Origin: an uncultured Chloroflexia bacterium
GTDB lineage: Bacteria; Chloroflexota; Limnocylindria; Limnocylindrales; CSP1-4
Direction of reading: 5' to 3'
DNA length: 64,000 nt
Assembly: GCA_963707215.1 (NCBI GenBank)
Contig: CAVPPB010000003.1
Coordinates: forward strand, 352,001 to 416,000
This document shows, piece by piece, positions 42,642-50,551 of the stretch. The notes under the pieces were generated by a model. That model was not told where the DNA came from. It searched no databases and saw nothing but the letters and a program-made list of their open reading frames with translations. Both the position numbers and the translations under genes were made by a program. Numbering within the stretch: position 1 is the first letter of the stretch; the number at the start of each line of letters is the position of its first letter.

Positions 42642-44162
42642 TCAGTCACAGACCGTGGTCGGGGCCTTCTCGCTGACGACGCCGGTCCCGCCGAGCATGG
42701 CGATCTGGACCGGGCCGAGGCGCTCGAGCTCGGTCGCCACGACCGGAGGCAGACAGCTCTGGCGGGTCAGCAGGAGCGGCCCCTCGACCAGGCTCACGAG
42801 GGGCACCCCGGCCAGGGCGTCGGGGAAGTTCACCCCGGTCGCGAGGTAGACCGTGTCGGCGCCACCGGGGAAGGCCTGCGCGCCGATGGCGGCACTCGTC
42901 GCGTAGCGGTCGGCACCGGACCAGCGGCTCACCGGGATCCCCGGGAACAGCGCCTTGAGGTCATCAACGACCCCCGAGCCGAGGACGCCGGTCCCGCCGA
43001 GGAGGACGAAGCTCGTCGGCGTCAGCCCCTCGTAGGGTCCGATCCCGACCAGAGGGGCGACGAGCACGTCGGGCACACCGCTCCAGGTGGCGAGGATCAC
43101 CGGCGCGCCGACGGCCGCCGCGGCCGCCCCGCCGGCGAGGGCATCGGGGAAGTTCGCCCCAGTGGCGACGAAGATCGGCCCGGTGTAGCCGGCGAAGCGG
43201 GCGTCGAGGATCGCGGCCGCGGTCGCGTAGCGGTCGGCCCCGGCGAGCCGGGTCACCGAGCCGGTGGTGAAGGCCTTGAGCTCATCGCGGACCGCGTTCG
43301 AGACGACCCCGGTCCCGCCGAGGATGCGAATCTGGCCGGGCTCGAGCCATTCGAGCGCCTCGGCCACGACGTCGGGCAGCCGGTCGGGCCGGGTCAGCAG
43401 GACCGGCCCACCGTCCTTGGCCGCCGCCGGACCGCCGGTCAACGCGTCGGGGAAGTTGTAGCCGGTGGCGATGTAGGCGACGGGCACGCCTGGCGAGAAG
43501 CCATAGGCCGTCTCGGCGGCCGTGGCGAAGCGGTCGGGACCGGCAAACCGGGTCAGCGACTGCTGGACCCATGTCGTGAAGGCGAGGTCATGGCCGTCAC
43601 TTCGGCTCCAGTGCTCGTCGTAGGAATGGGTGAGGTACATGTGGCCGCCGAAGTAGACGTTCATGTACCGCCTGTTGTAGGCGAAGCCCCAGTGACCTGC
43701 CCCTTGGGGCGTGGGCTGGACGACGAGCGCAAGCACATCGCCGGCATCGACCTGCAGCGGGTGTGGGATGGTGAATGTGATCCACTCTGCGGTGTCGACC
43801 ACGTCACTGTCGATCGGACCCACCGGGATGGCCGCCGGAGGGACGGGCTCGCTCGTCGCGAGGAGCGCGCCTTCCGGTGTGTCATCTCGGATCTCGATGA
43901 CGAGATCCTGTGTCGTGTCGGCCATCCGGTTCACCAGCAGGTCGACGTAGGTCAGGGAGCCGGCCACCCCGACCGTGAATGTCTGGGCGATCCCGTCGAA
44001 GCACATTCCGTCGTCCCGGGTAACGCAGTACATGCCGTCCGCGACATCCTGCACTTGGTCGGAGTCTGACCACTGGGCGGAGGCCGGCGTCGCAGGGGCG
44101 ACCATGACCAGGACCAACCCGGTCGCAAGACCGATCAGTCCGGCACGCATTGGCATCTTCAC
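42642..44162 (-). CDS. Secreted protein with three cell-wall-binding repeat 2 (CW_binding_2) domains
   Basis: Signal peptide; three R.AG.DR(F/Y)AT ... ATG.NFPDAL ... LGGTGVV repeats. Confidence 0.88.
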   Translation of the reverse strand: MKMPMRAGLIGLATGLVLVMVAPATPASAQWSDSDQVQDVADGMYCVTRDDGMCFDGIAQTFTVGVAGSLTYVDLLVNRMADTTQDLVIEIRDDTPEGALLATSEPVPPAAIPVGPIDSDVVDTAEWITFTIPHPLQVDAGDVLALVVQPTPQGAGHWGFAYNRRYMNVYFGGHMYLTHSYDEHWSRSDGHDLAFTTWVQQSLTRFAGPDRFATAAETAYGFSPGVPVAYIATGYNFPDALTGGPAAAKDGGPVLLTRPDRLPDVVAEALEWLEPGQIRILGGTGVVSNAVRDELKAFTTGSVTRLAGADRYATAAAILDARFAGYTGPIFVATGANFPDALAGGAAAAAVGAPVILATWSGVPDVLVAPLVGIGPYEGLTPTSFVLLGGTGVLGSGVVDDLKALFPGIPVSRWSGADRYATSAAIGAQAFPGGADTVYLATGVNFPDALAGVPLVSLVEGPLLLTRQSCLPPVVATELERLGPVQIAMLGGTGVVSEKAPTTVCD

Positions 44163-44297
44163 GGTGCACTCCCTGGGACGCCTGGATCACGGGTCGGTCT
44201 CGCCAGTGGCACGGCTCGAGCCGGCCACGGCATGGGTCACTGCACCCAGCGCCACCCGTGTGGCACCTGATCGACGCCCAACAGGCAGATGTGTTGC

Positions 44298-44344
44298 GCC
44301 CCCGTCGCCCGGCCGTGGGCTGGCCGGCGTCCCCCCAGGGTCAG
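44298..44344 (+). repeat. Array repeat copy 3 (truncated after GGGTCAG)
   Basis: GCCCCCGTCGCCCGGCCGTGGGCTGG...CCCCCCAGGGTCAG. Confidence 0.88.
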
Positions 44345-44541
44345 TAGCGAGCCGCTGCAAACAGGGCGACCAGAGCGACCGGGATCATCAGGAGCGCGAA
44401 GACGAGCCCGCCATTGATACAGGCGACCGACCCCGATCCACACCCCGAGGCGGTGATCACTCAGGCGACCAGGGCCGCGATCATGGCACCGACGACCGCG
44501 ACGAGGGAGAAGATCGCCACCCGCGCTCCCCGGTAGCCCAT
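44341..44541 (-). pseudogene. Small two-TM protein with an in-frame TGA
   Basis: MGYRGARVAIFSLVAVVGAMIAALVA*VITASGCGSGSVACINGGLVFALLMIPVALVALFAAARY*. Confidence 0.55.
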
Positions 44542-44593
44542 GCGGTAGTAGCGCCCACCCGCCCGGAACATTGCTGACCACCGCCTGTGGGCG

Positions 44594-44672
44594 GGCCCCC
44601 ATCGCCCGGGCGTGGGCTGGTCGCCTCGACGCGGCCCAGCGAGATCGCGGCGGCCGGCCCGGAGCGGGGGCC
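44594..44672 (+). repeat. Array repeat copy 4 (full-length, diverged)
   Basis: GGCCCCCATCGCCCGGGCGTGGGCTGGTCGC...CAGCGAGATCGC..CGGCCGGCCCGGAGCGGGGGCC. Confidence 0.88.
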
Positions 44673-44704
44673 GTGGCGCCAACGTAGGTGGCGCGGCTCA
44701 CCGG

Positions 44705-44741
44705 AGACTCACCAGCCATGCGACGCCGCGATCCCGAGCGC
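44705..44741 (+). repeat. Second repeat type: 5' end of the small MRxRDPER ORF
   Basis: 34/37 identical to 46970-47006. Confidence 0.85.
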
Positions 44742-44752
44742 TCCTCGCCGCC

Positions 44753-44944
44753 CTACTTCCGATCCGCCTCCTGCCTGAGCACGGTGGCCAGAGACGAGCC
44801 GGCCATCATGGTGATTCCAACGATGCCGATCATGGCGGCGGGACCGGAGTCGATGACGCCCAGGAACAGCAACGCTGCCGCGGCGAGCACTATCAGCAGC
44901 CCACCGAGCGCAATCAGCACGCCCAGGAGCCTGGCCCTGTCCAT
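44753..44944 (-). CDS. 63-aa two-TM membrane protein
   Basis: MDRARLLGVLIALGGLLIVLAAAALLFLGVIDSGPAAMIGIVGITMMAGSSLATVLRQEADRK*. Confidence 0.65.
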   Translation of the reverse strand: MDRARLLGVLIALGGLLIVLAAAALLFLGVIDSGPAAMIGIVGITMMAGSSLATVLRQEADRK

Positions 44945-44999
44945 GGCGGTCAGGCTGCCGGTCGAGGAACGTAACGGGCAAGAGGCCGAGGGCCTGAAC

Positions 45000-45029
45000 G
45001 GCCCCCGTCGCCCGGCCGTGGGCTGGTCG
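45000..45029 (+). repeat. Array repeat copy 5 (left arm only)
   Basis: GGCCCCCGTCGCCCGGCCGTGGGCTGGTCG. Confidence 0.9.
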
Positions 45030-45088
45030 GCATCAGTCCGCAGGACTCTTGCGAGGCCACGTTGCGGCGAGAACAGTTGGCTGTCGTG

Positions 45089-46267
45089 GTGCACGTCCTG
45101 GCGAGTGTGCTCAAGGTCGCACTTGGGGCTGCCCTGGTCGCGGGTGGTCTCGTCGGGGTCGTCTACATCAACGCCGAGATCGAGCGGTCGGCTTCGCTTG
45201 AGCCGTCGGCGCCTCCCGAGCCGAACCAGTCGGCCATCGACTACAACTGCAGTCTCCCCGGCATGGGCTACCCGTGGCTTCGGCAGGACCTGTCCTACAC
45301 GGTGCAGTTCACGACTTCTGCGGTCTTCGTGTCCACCGTGCCGGACGTCTCGCCGTGGGCCGCCTTCCTGCCGATATCCATTGCCGGGGACGGGACCGCG
45401 CTTTCGATGGATGACGTGTACCGGAGACTGTGTCGCGTCCACCCTCAGCTCGGTGGAGGCGGCCTGACCCGGGTCTCCACCGAGGTAGCGAAGCAGTTGG
45501 TGTGCGGGGGCCAGGACCGGTGCCTGCAGCGGGAGTGCGATGACTTCCCGGACCTCTACACCGACAGGCTCCCGCTGACAGTCGATGAGGCGCGCATGTG
45601 CCTGGAGCCAATCAGGATGTACTGGTTGCCGCCCATTCCCCAGGACCTCCGTGACGCCTTGGCAACAGCGGTGGCATCCGGAAGGACGCCGGGCCCCTCC
45701 TCGGCGCCGACACCGGCGCCGAGCGGCGAGACTCGCCGCTACCGCATCACGGTCAACGGCTACGAGAACGTGTTCTACTGGAACATCGGTGAGCGCCTAG
45801 GCGTGCGCTTCGACTACCGCCTGATCGGGGAGTTCGCGCTGGTGCGCCCGACCCCAACAAGGCCCTGGACCGTCACGAGCAGACGTGTCATCACGGCTGA
45901 CCTCAAGTACACGAGCCTGTACCCGGCGGACCGCTACGAGGTCACTCTGGACTGTGTGCGCCGGAGCCGCTCGTGTGAGGGGCATCTCATCCGGAGCACC
46001 ACCCTGCGGCTGCGGGTGCAGGTGGACGGCGACGAGATCATCGCGCGCTGGGGTGCCTTCAGGCCCGAGGTTCTGGTGACTGGGAGACGGACAGACCCTC
46101 TCGAGACGGTCCGTTCCTCCTACATCTCCGAGTACTTCGATGACGCCGTCGCGGCGGAGCGCCTGCCCCTGCGGGACCAGTACGTCGGCCCGCAGCGGGT
46201 CAAGACGTACCAGGGTCGCAGCGACATCTCAACCAGCTACGCATACCGCCTCGACCGACTCCCGTGA
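45089..46267 (+). CDS. Membrane-anchored/secreted hypothetical protein, Cys-rich
   Basis: N-terminal TM, Pro-rich linker, several Cys; long ORF with lower GC; start uncertain. Confidence 0.7.
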   Translation: MHVLASVLKVALGAALVAGGLVGVVYINAEIERSASLEPSAPPEPNQSAIDYNCSLPGMGYPWLRQDLSYTVQFTTSAVFVSTVPDVSPWAAFLPISIAGDGTALSMDDVYRRLCRVHPQLGGGGLTRVSTEVAKQLVCGGQDRCLQRECDDFPDLYTDRLPLTVDEARMCLEPIRMYWLPPIPQDLRDALATAVASGRTPGPSSAPTPAPSGETRRYRITVNGYENVFYWNIGERLGVRFDYRLIGEFALVRPTPTRPWTVTSRRVITADLKYTSLYPADRYEVTLDCVRRSRSCEGHLIRSTTLRLRVQVDGDEIIARWGAFRPEVLVTGRRTDPLETVRSSYISEYFDDAVAAERLPLRDQYVGPQRVKTYQGRSDISTSYAYRLDRLP

Positions 46268-46363
46268 TCGAGAGTCACGGAGCATCGCATCCATACCTCC
46301 GGTCCACGCGCCGTGCTCCTGGGACTTTCCGTCGAGCTCCTCGACCTCTGTCACGAGTCGAAC

Positions 46364-46437
46364 GGCCCCCGTCGCCCGGCCGTGGGCTGGTGGCCTTCCC
46401 CCCTGGGTCAGCGAGGTCGCGCCGGCCGGCCCGGAGC
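46364..46437 (+). repeat. Array repeat copy 6 (nearly full-length)
   Basis: GGCCCCCGTCGCCCGGCCGTGGGCTGG...GGGTCAGCGAGGTCGC..CGGCCGGCCCGGAGC. Confidence 0.9.
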
Positions 46438-46561
46438 TTGTGCGCGGACTGCCGTCGAGCAGCTTCTGGGCCGCGACCGACGTGCTCCGCGAGATCACCC
46501 TCGATCGCGCGGACTAGACTACGCGACGCGACGCGTCCGTTACGTGAACGTTGGTGACCTC

Positions 46562-46954
46562 ATGACAACCAGACGCCTGCCAGCGCAGCTGGCCTTCGCC
46601 TCGCTTCTGTCGCTGGCCGTCACAGACATCCTCTTTGTGTTCCTGGTGGCGGTGGACGTTCTATCCGGGGACGAAGCCCTGTCGGTGGCAACACCCAAGA
46701 TGATCTACTTCTCCCTGATGGCCAGCCTCTCCTTCTTCTCGCTTCCTCTCATTTGGTGGGGGAACAGGATTGGCTACTACGTCGCGATGGCTGTTGCGGC
46801 TCTCTCGTTGCTCGCCGGCGTTTCCGGGGTGTGGTCGGCCCTCACAGGCGCGGTGCCCGTCGATGTGAACGTGCTTTCGGGGCTTGTCGGCCTGGCCCTG
46901 TCGACGATCCTGCTTGTCTCCTCCGGGTACGCCTCCAGAGAGAAAGCGGGATAG
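46562..46954 (+). CDS. 130-aa four-TM membrane protein
   Basis: MTTRRLPAQLAFASLL...; visibly T-rich and lower GC than the host genes. Confidence 0.75.
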   Translation: MTTRRLPAQLAFASLLSLAVTDILFVFLVAVDVLSGDEALSVATPKMIYFSLMASLSFFSLPLIWWGNRIGYYVAMAVAALSLLAGVSGVWSALTGAVPVDVNVLSGLVGLALSTILLVSSGYASREKAG

Positions 46955-46982
46955 ACAGTCGCCGGCCGCAGACTCACCGGCC

Positions 46983-47210
46983 ATGCGATGCCGCGATCCC
47001 GAACGCCTCCACCTCGCCGGCTGAGCCGCCCACCTCGCCCGGCTGCTCGATGCCGGATACGCCCCAGGAGCCGCCGAGGAGGCGATGGTGACCTGGGAGT
47101 GCGAGCCGGACGCCGAGGGCCGCCAGCGCGGCACCTCGGCGTTCTGGGACGGGCTGGAGGCGCGGGCGGTGGAGCGGCGGGCTACTCGCTCGGACTCGAT
47201 CCAACCATGA
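46983..47210 (+). pseudogene. Small helical ORF with an in-frame TGA (47022-47024)
   Basis: MRCRDPERLHLAG*AAHLARLLDAGYAPGAAEEAMVTWECEPDAEGRQRGTSAFWDGLEAR...; its 5' end is duplicated at 44718. Confidence 0.5.
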
Positions 47211-47560
47211 AGGGCGCCCAGATCCCCGAGAAGCCGTCGTCGCCCTCGAGGTGGACCTCGAATGTCACGGTCTCGGCGAAGAGCTCAGCCTCTGTGTAGT
47301 CGATGCCAAGGTATCGGAGATAGATGGTCGACTCGTACTCGCGATCCCGAGAGCCGCTGCAGGGCATGTTGAAGTTCTGGAGCCTGGTTCTCGGGTGCGT
47401 ATCGGTCGTCAGGTGGATCGACCAGAACAGGTCGGGCTGGATCAGGCACCACGGCCCCTTGAACCTACATGTGATGTAGATCCCGTCGCAGTTCTGGTGG
47501 GCCTCCGAGAAGGGCCTCTGGATGCGAACCGAGCCGACCGAGTCGCCGGCGAAGATGGCG
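47182..47560 (-). pseudogene. 3' fragment of an unknown protein
   Basis: Protein-like text IFAGDSVGSVRIQRPF...GIWAPFMVGSSPSE* with no own start; abuts the Prim-Pol fragment. Confidence 0.45.
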
Positions 47561-47700
47561 GCCACCGCTCGATCGTGTCGAGGTTCGTGGTCGCGTCCTT
47601 GAAGCCGTCCGGGGCGAGCCGTGGGACCGGGTGCTTGCCCGGCGAGGGACAGTCGTCCTTGGCCCACATGCAGCCGACGTCGCTGCCCCGGTAGCGGTGG
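47561..47700 (-). pseudogene. Bifunctional primase-polymerase (Prim-Pol) N-terminal fragment
   Basis: GCMWAKDDCPSPGKHPVPRLAPDGFKDATTNLDTIERW matches the C..GKHP....G.KDATT...I..W signature. Confidence 0.7.
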
Positions 47701-47709
47701 CGGCACCCG

Positions 47710-48014
47710 ACGCGCCTGACTACTTCCGGTTCGCCGTCACGGGCCAGCTCATGCGGGCGGTCCTGAAGGAGCTGCCGACGTGGCCGTACGAGACGCTGAT
47801 CGTCTTCCGGCCGTGGCTCGACAACGGGGCGGCATATCTACAAGCCGTCGGCGACGGGGTCGTCATGCCTGAGCGATGGTTCGATTGGTTCCCCGGCTGC
47901 TACGTCGACCGGGAGTCGCTAGAGGCGGCCCAGGGACTGACCCACGCCACAGCCACCGTGACGGCGCACGACGCGACCGTCCGCACCACAAGTCCGAAGG
48001 GGGTGACCCGGTGA
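47710..48014 (+). pseudogene. 3' part of the gene preceding the integrase (5' end lost)
   Basis: DYFRFAVTGQLMRAVLKELPTW...KGVTR*; stop overlaps the integrase GTG. Confidence 0.4.
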
Positions 48015-49097
48015 GACGCTACGGTGAGGGAACCATCCTCCAGCGATCGAACGGTCGCTGGCAGGCCCGCTGGCTCGTGGACGGCCGGCGGTACTCGGTC
48101 ATGGGCGCGACGAAGCGGGAGGCCCGTGAACGGCTCAGGGCGGCCCTGGCAGACCGGGACAGCGGTGGGCGATCCGTGGACACGCGCAGGACGGTCGGGG
48201 CGGTCCTTGACGAGTGGCTGGCGGTGCGAGTCCGGCAGCGACTGCGCCCGCAGACGGTCGCCAGCTATGAGCGACTGGTCCGCCTCTACATGAAGCCGGC
48301 GATCGGCTCGGTGCCGGTCGCGAAGCTCACGGCAGCCGACATCTCCAAGATGCTCGAGCGGATGTCGGTCAGCGGCACGACGAAGCGGTACACCCTCGTG
48401 GTCCTCCGGGTGGCGCTCGCCTGGGCCGTCCAGCATGACATGGCGCGGCGCAACGTCGCGGCGCTCGTCGAGCTCCCGGAGCGGTCGACGACCGAACGGG
48501 CCCCTACTCGACCGAACAGGTCGTCCGGCTACTCGACGCCACGGCGGACGAGCCCGTCGGGCCCGTGCTGGCGCTCGTCGCCTCGACCGGGTTGCGCCAA
48601 GGCGAGGCGCTCGGGCCGGCGTGGAGCGACGTCGACCTGGAGGCCGGCGCGATCACCATCCGGCAGTCACTGGATCCGCACACGCGGACGCTGGCGCCGA
48701 CGAAGACCGAGAAGTCGCAGCGGACGCTCAACCTGCCCGGGCTTGGGCGGCGCTCCGGGAGCAGCGTCGACGGCAGCTCGAGGCCCGGCTTGCGGCCGGG
48801 CGGAAGTGGCAGGACTCGGGGCTCGTCTTCACGACGAGCGTGGGATCCCCGATGGACGCCGCGGCGGTCGTCCGCGCCGACCACGCGGCCTGTGCTCGTC
48901 TCGGCCTCGAGCGGAGGCGCTTCCACCACTTGCGGCACTTCGCGGCGACGGCGGCGCTCGAGGCCGGCACCGACCTGTATGCCGTGTCGAGGATGCTCGG
49001 CCACGCCTCGATCACGACGACGGCGAACGCCTACGGCCACGTCACCCCGGCGATGCGGCGCCGGACGGCCGAGCTCATGGACGCCGCTCGCGGGTGA
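48011..49097 (+). pseudogene. Phage/Tn916-type tyrosine integrase with two frameshifts (about 48505 and 48745)
   Basis: RRYGEGTILQRSNGRWQAR arm-binding N-terminus; TGLRQGEALG; TKTEKS; FHHLRH; MLGHASITTTANAYGH, across three frames. Confidence 0.9.
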
Positions 49098-49119
49098 GGA
49101 TTGGGCCCGGATTGGGCCC
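49098..49119 (+). repeat. Tandem GGATTGGGCCC x2, candidate integrase arm-binding sites
   Basis: Between the integrase stop and the tRNA 3' end. Confidence 0.5.
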
Positions 49120-49133
49120 AACGGCACAAGCAG

Positions 49134-49165
49134 AACGGCCCTCGGAGACGCCTCCGGGGGCCGTT
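49134..49165. terminator. Hairpin between the convergent integrase and tRNA
   Basis: AACGGCCCTCGGAG-ACGC-CTCCGGGGGCCGTT. Confidence 0.7.
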
Positions 49166-49181
49166 TCGTGCGTGGAAGTGG

Positions 49182-49256
49182 TGGTGAGCCCGGAAGGATT
49201 CGAACCTTCAACCTAGTGATTAAGAGTCACTTGCTCTGCCGTTGAGCTACGGGCCC
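49182..49256 (-). tRNA. tRNA-Lys (anticodon CTT)
   Basis: GGGCCCGTAGCTCAACGGCAGAGCAAGTGACTCTTAATCACTAGGTTGAAGGTTCGAATCCTTCCGGGCTCACCA; stem AGTGA/TCACT around CTT, T-loop GTTCGAATC, encoded CCA. Confidence 0.97.
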
Positions 49257-49372
49257 GCCGGGGCCACCGCCGGCCGACGTCGCGGAACATCGGCTCCGGG
49301 GGGCGGCCGCAGGATACCGCAAGTCACCCCTCGACCGCGAGTGGACGACCCCGGCCGGTCGCCCGCCGCTGG

Positions 49373-50455
49373 TCACCCAGGTCCACCGGGCCGGGACCGC
49401 TCGAAGACCGCCCCGAGGATGGCCAACCGCCGCTCCAGGCTCCGTCGCTCGTTGGTGCCGTGCTGCATCAGGTGCGAGAACTCGACGAGCGCAGCGTCCT
49501 GGGATTCCTCGGGCTTGTCGAGCTCGGCCTTGCGGATCCGCTGGAACTCCTCGAGGAAGGTCCGCAGCGCGTCCGGATCGATGACAGCACCCGACCGGTC
49601 CAGCTCCCGGACGAACAAGTAGTACAGCGGCACGTACGACTGGGCTCCCAGGAGGTGGTCGGCGTGGCCGAAGATCGCCTCCAGGCGACCAAGCCGGGCG
49701 TCGACGCGACCGGCGAGCTCCGTCCTCTCGGGCTTCGTCATCCGGCGATTCGCGCGCACGAACTCGTCGAGGGCCTTGCCCTTGAGGTCCGGGATCTGGC
49801 CGTCGGCGCCGCGAGCGTCCGCCGCCTCGATGAGCAGCATCCGGGCGGCCAGGTCGAGGTGCTGGTAGCGCGCGTTGGAGAAGCGCAGACGGTCGGCGAA
49901 GAACGGTCGATGGGCAAGCTCCCGGATCAGCTGGGCCATGTCCCCGCCCATCGCGTTGCGCTTCTCGGCGGCGTTCAGCGGCTCCCCGTTGTTGAGCCGC
50001 GAGAAGAGGTCCTCGATGTCGTCCTCGGTCGCGTTCTGGATGAGGACGACGGAGATGTAGGTCAGTCGCAGGACCTGCTGCCAGGCGGGGTGGAACTCCG
50101 AGAAGCGCATCCCGGCGAGCGGCGGCGGTGTCGTGGGCGGGAGGTCCGGAAGGTTCGCTTCGACGATCCGGAAGTCGGGAGCGAGTGGGAACTCGTCTCC
50201 CAGGAAGCGCCAGATCGTGGTCAGTCGCTGCTTCCCATCGACGATCGTGTAGACCTTGGTCGGGTGCTTCCCGCGCAGGTCATGGAGGTAGATCTTCGGG
50301 ACGTCATAGCCGTTCAGCAGCGAGTCGACGAAGAGCTGCTGCTTGTCGAGCGACCACAGCGAACTCTCCCGCTGGTAGGGCGGGTTCTCCTCGATGGCGC
50401 TCCGCCAGGCCAGCGCCTTGGCGACGGTGAAGTGGTGGGCGAGAACGCAGCGCAT
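49373..50455 (-). CDS. DUF262 (ParB-like, GmrSD N-terminal) domain protein
   Basis: PPYQR..W, FVDSLLNGYDVPKIY, VDGKQRLTTI, LFSRLNNGEPLNAAEKRNA. Confidence 0.85.
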   Translation of the reverse strand: MRCVLAHHFTVAKALAWRSAIEENPPYQRESSLWSLDKQQLFVDSLLNGYDVPKIYLHDLRGKHPTKVYTIVDGKQRLTTIWRFLGDEFPLAPDFRIVEANLPDLPPTTPPPLAGMRFSEFHPAWQQVLRLTYISVVLIQNATEDDIEDLFSRLNNGEPLNAAEKRNAMGGDMAQLIRELAHRPFFADRLRFSNARYQHLDLAARMLLIEAADARGADGQIPDLKGKALDEFVRANRRMTKPERTELAGRVDARLGRLEAIFGHADHLLGAQSYVPLYYLFVRELDRSGAVIDPDALRTFLEEFQRIRKAELDKPEESQDAALVEFSHLMQHGTNERRSLERRLAILGAVFERSRPGGPG

Positions 50456-50551
50456 CGGCTCCGCGATTGCGGGATCTGACGGTCGAACCCCGGACCGGGG
50501 GGGTCGGCGGCGGTCGTCCGAAGGTGCCGGTCTCGGGACGACCGCCGCCGC

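Larger units (their letters stand above)
42259..49182. mobile_element. Degenerate tRNA-Lys-integrated island/phage-satellite-like element with repeat-delimited cargo (left end uncertain, possibly about 39030)
   Basis: Integrase at the tRNA 3' end, divergent Prim-Pol remnant, lower-GC orphan genes, repeat array. Confidence 0.7.

Noticed and set aside
44990-45068. Canonical attC reading (GCCTGAAC...GTTGCGGC around copy 5)
   Set aside because: The AAC/GTT boxes are not conserved across copies, and the integrase is phage-type rather than IntI-like.
42259-46437. Repeat array as CRISPR
   Set aside because: Spacers are about 170-1700 bp and contain whole genes; no cas genes are present.
44461-47024. 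In-frame TGAs as selenocysteine or recoding
   Set aside because: No redox-Cys context or evident SECIS; TGA is the usual stop throughout; both lie in a decaying island.
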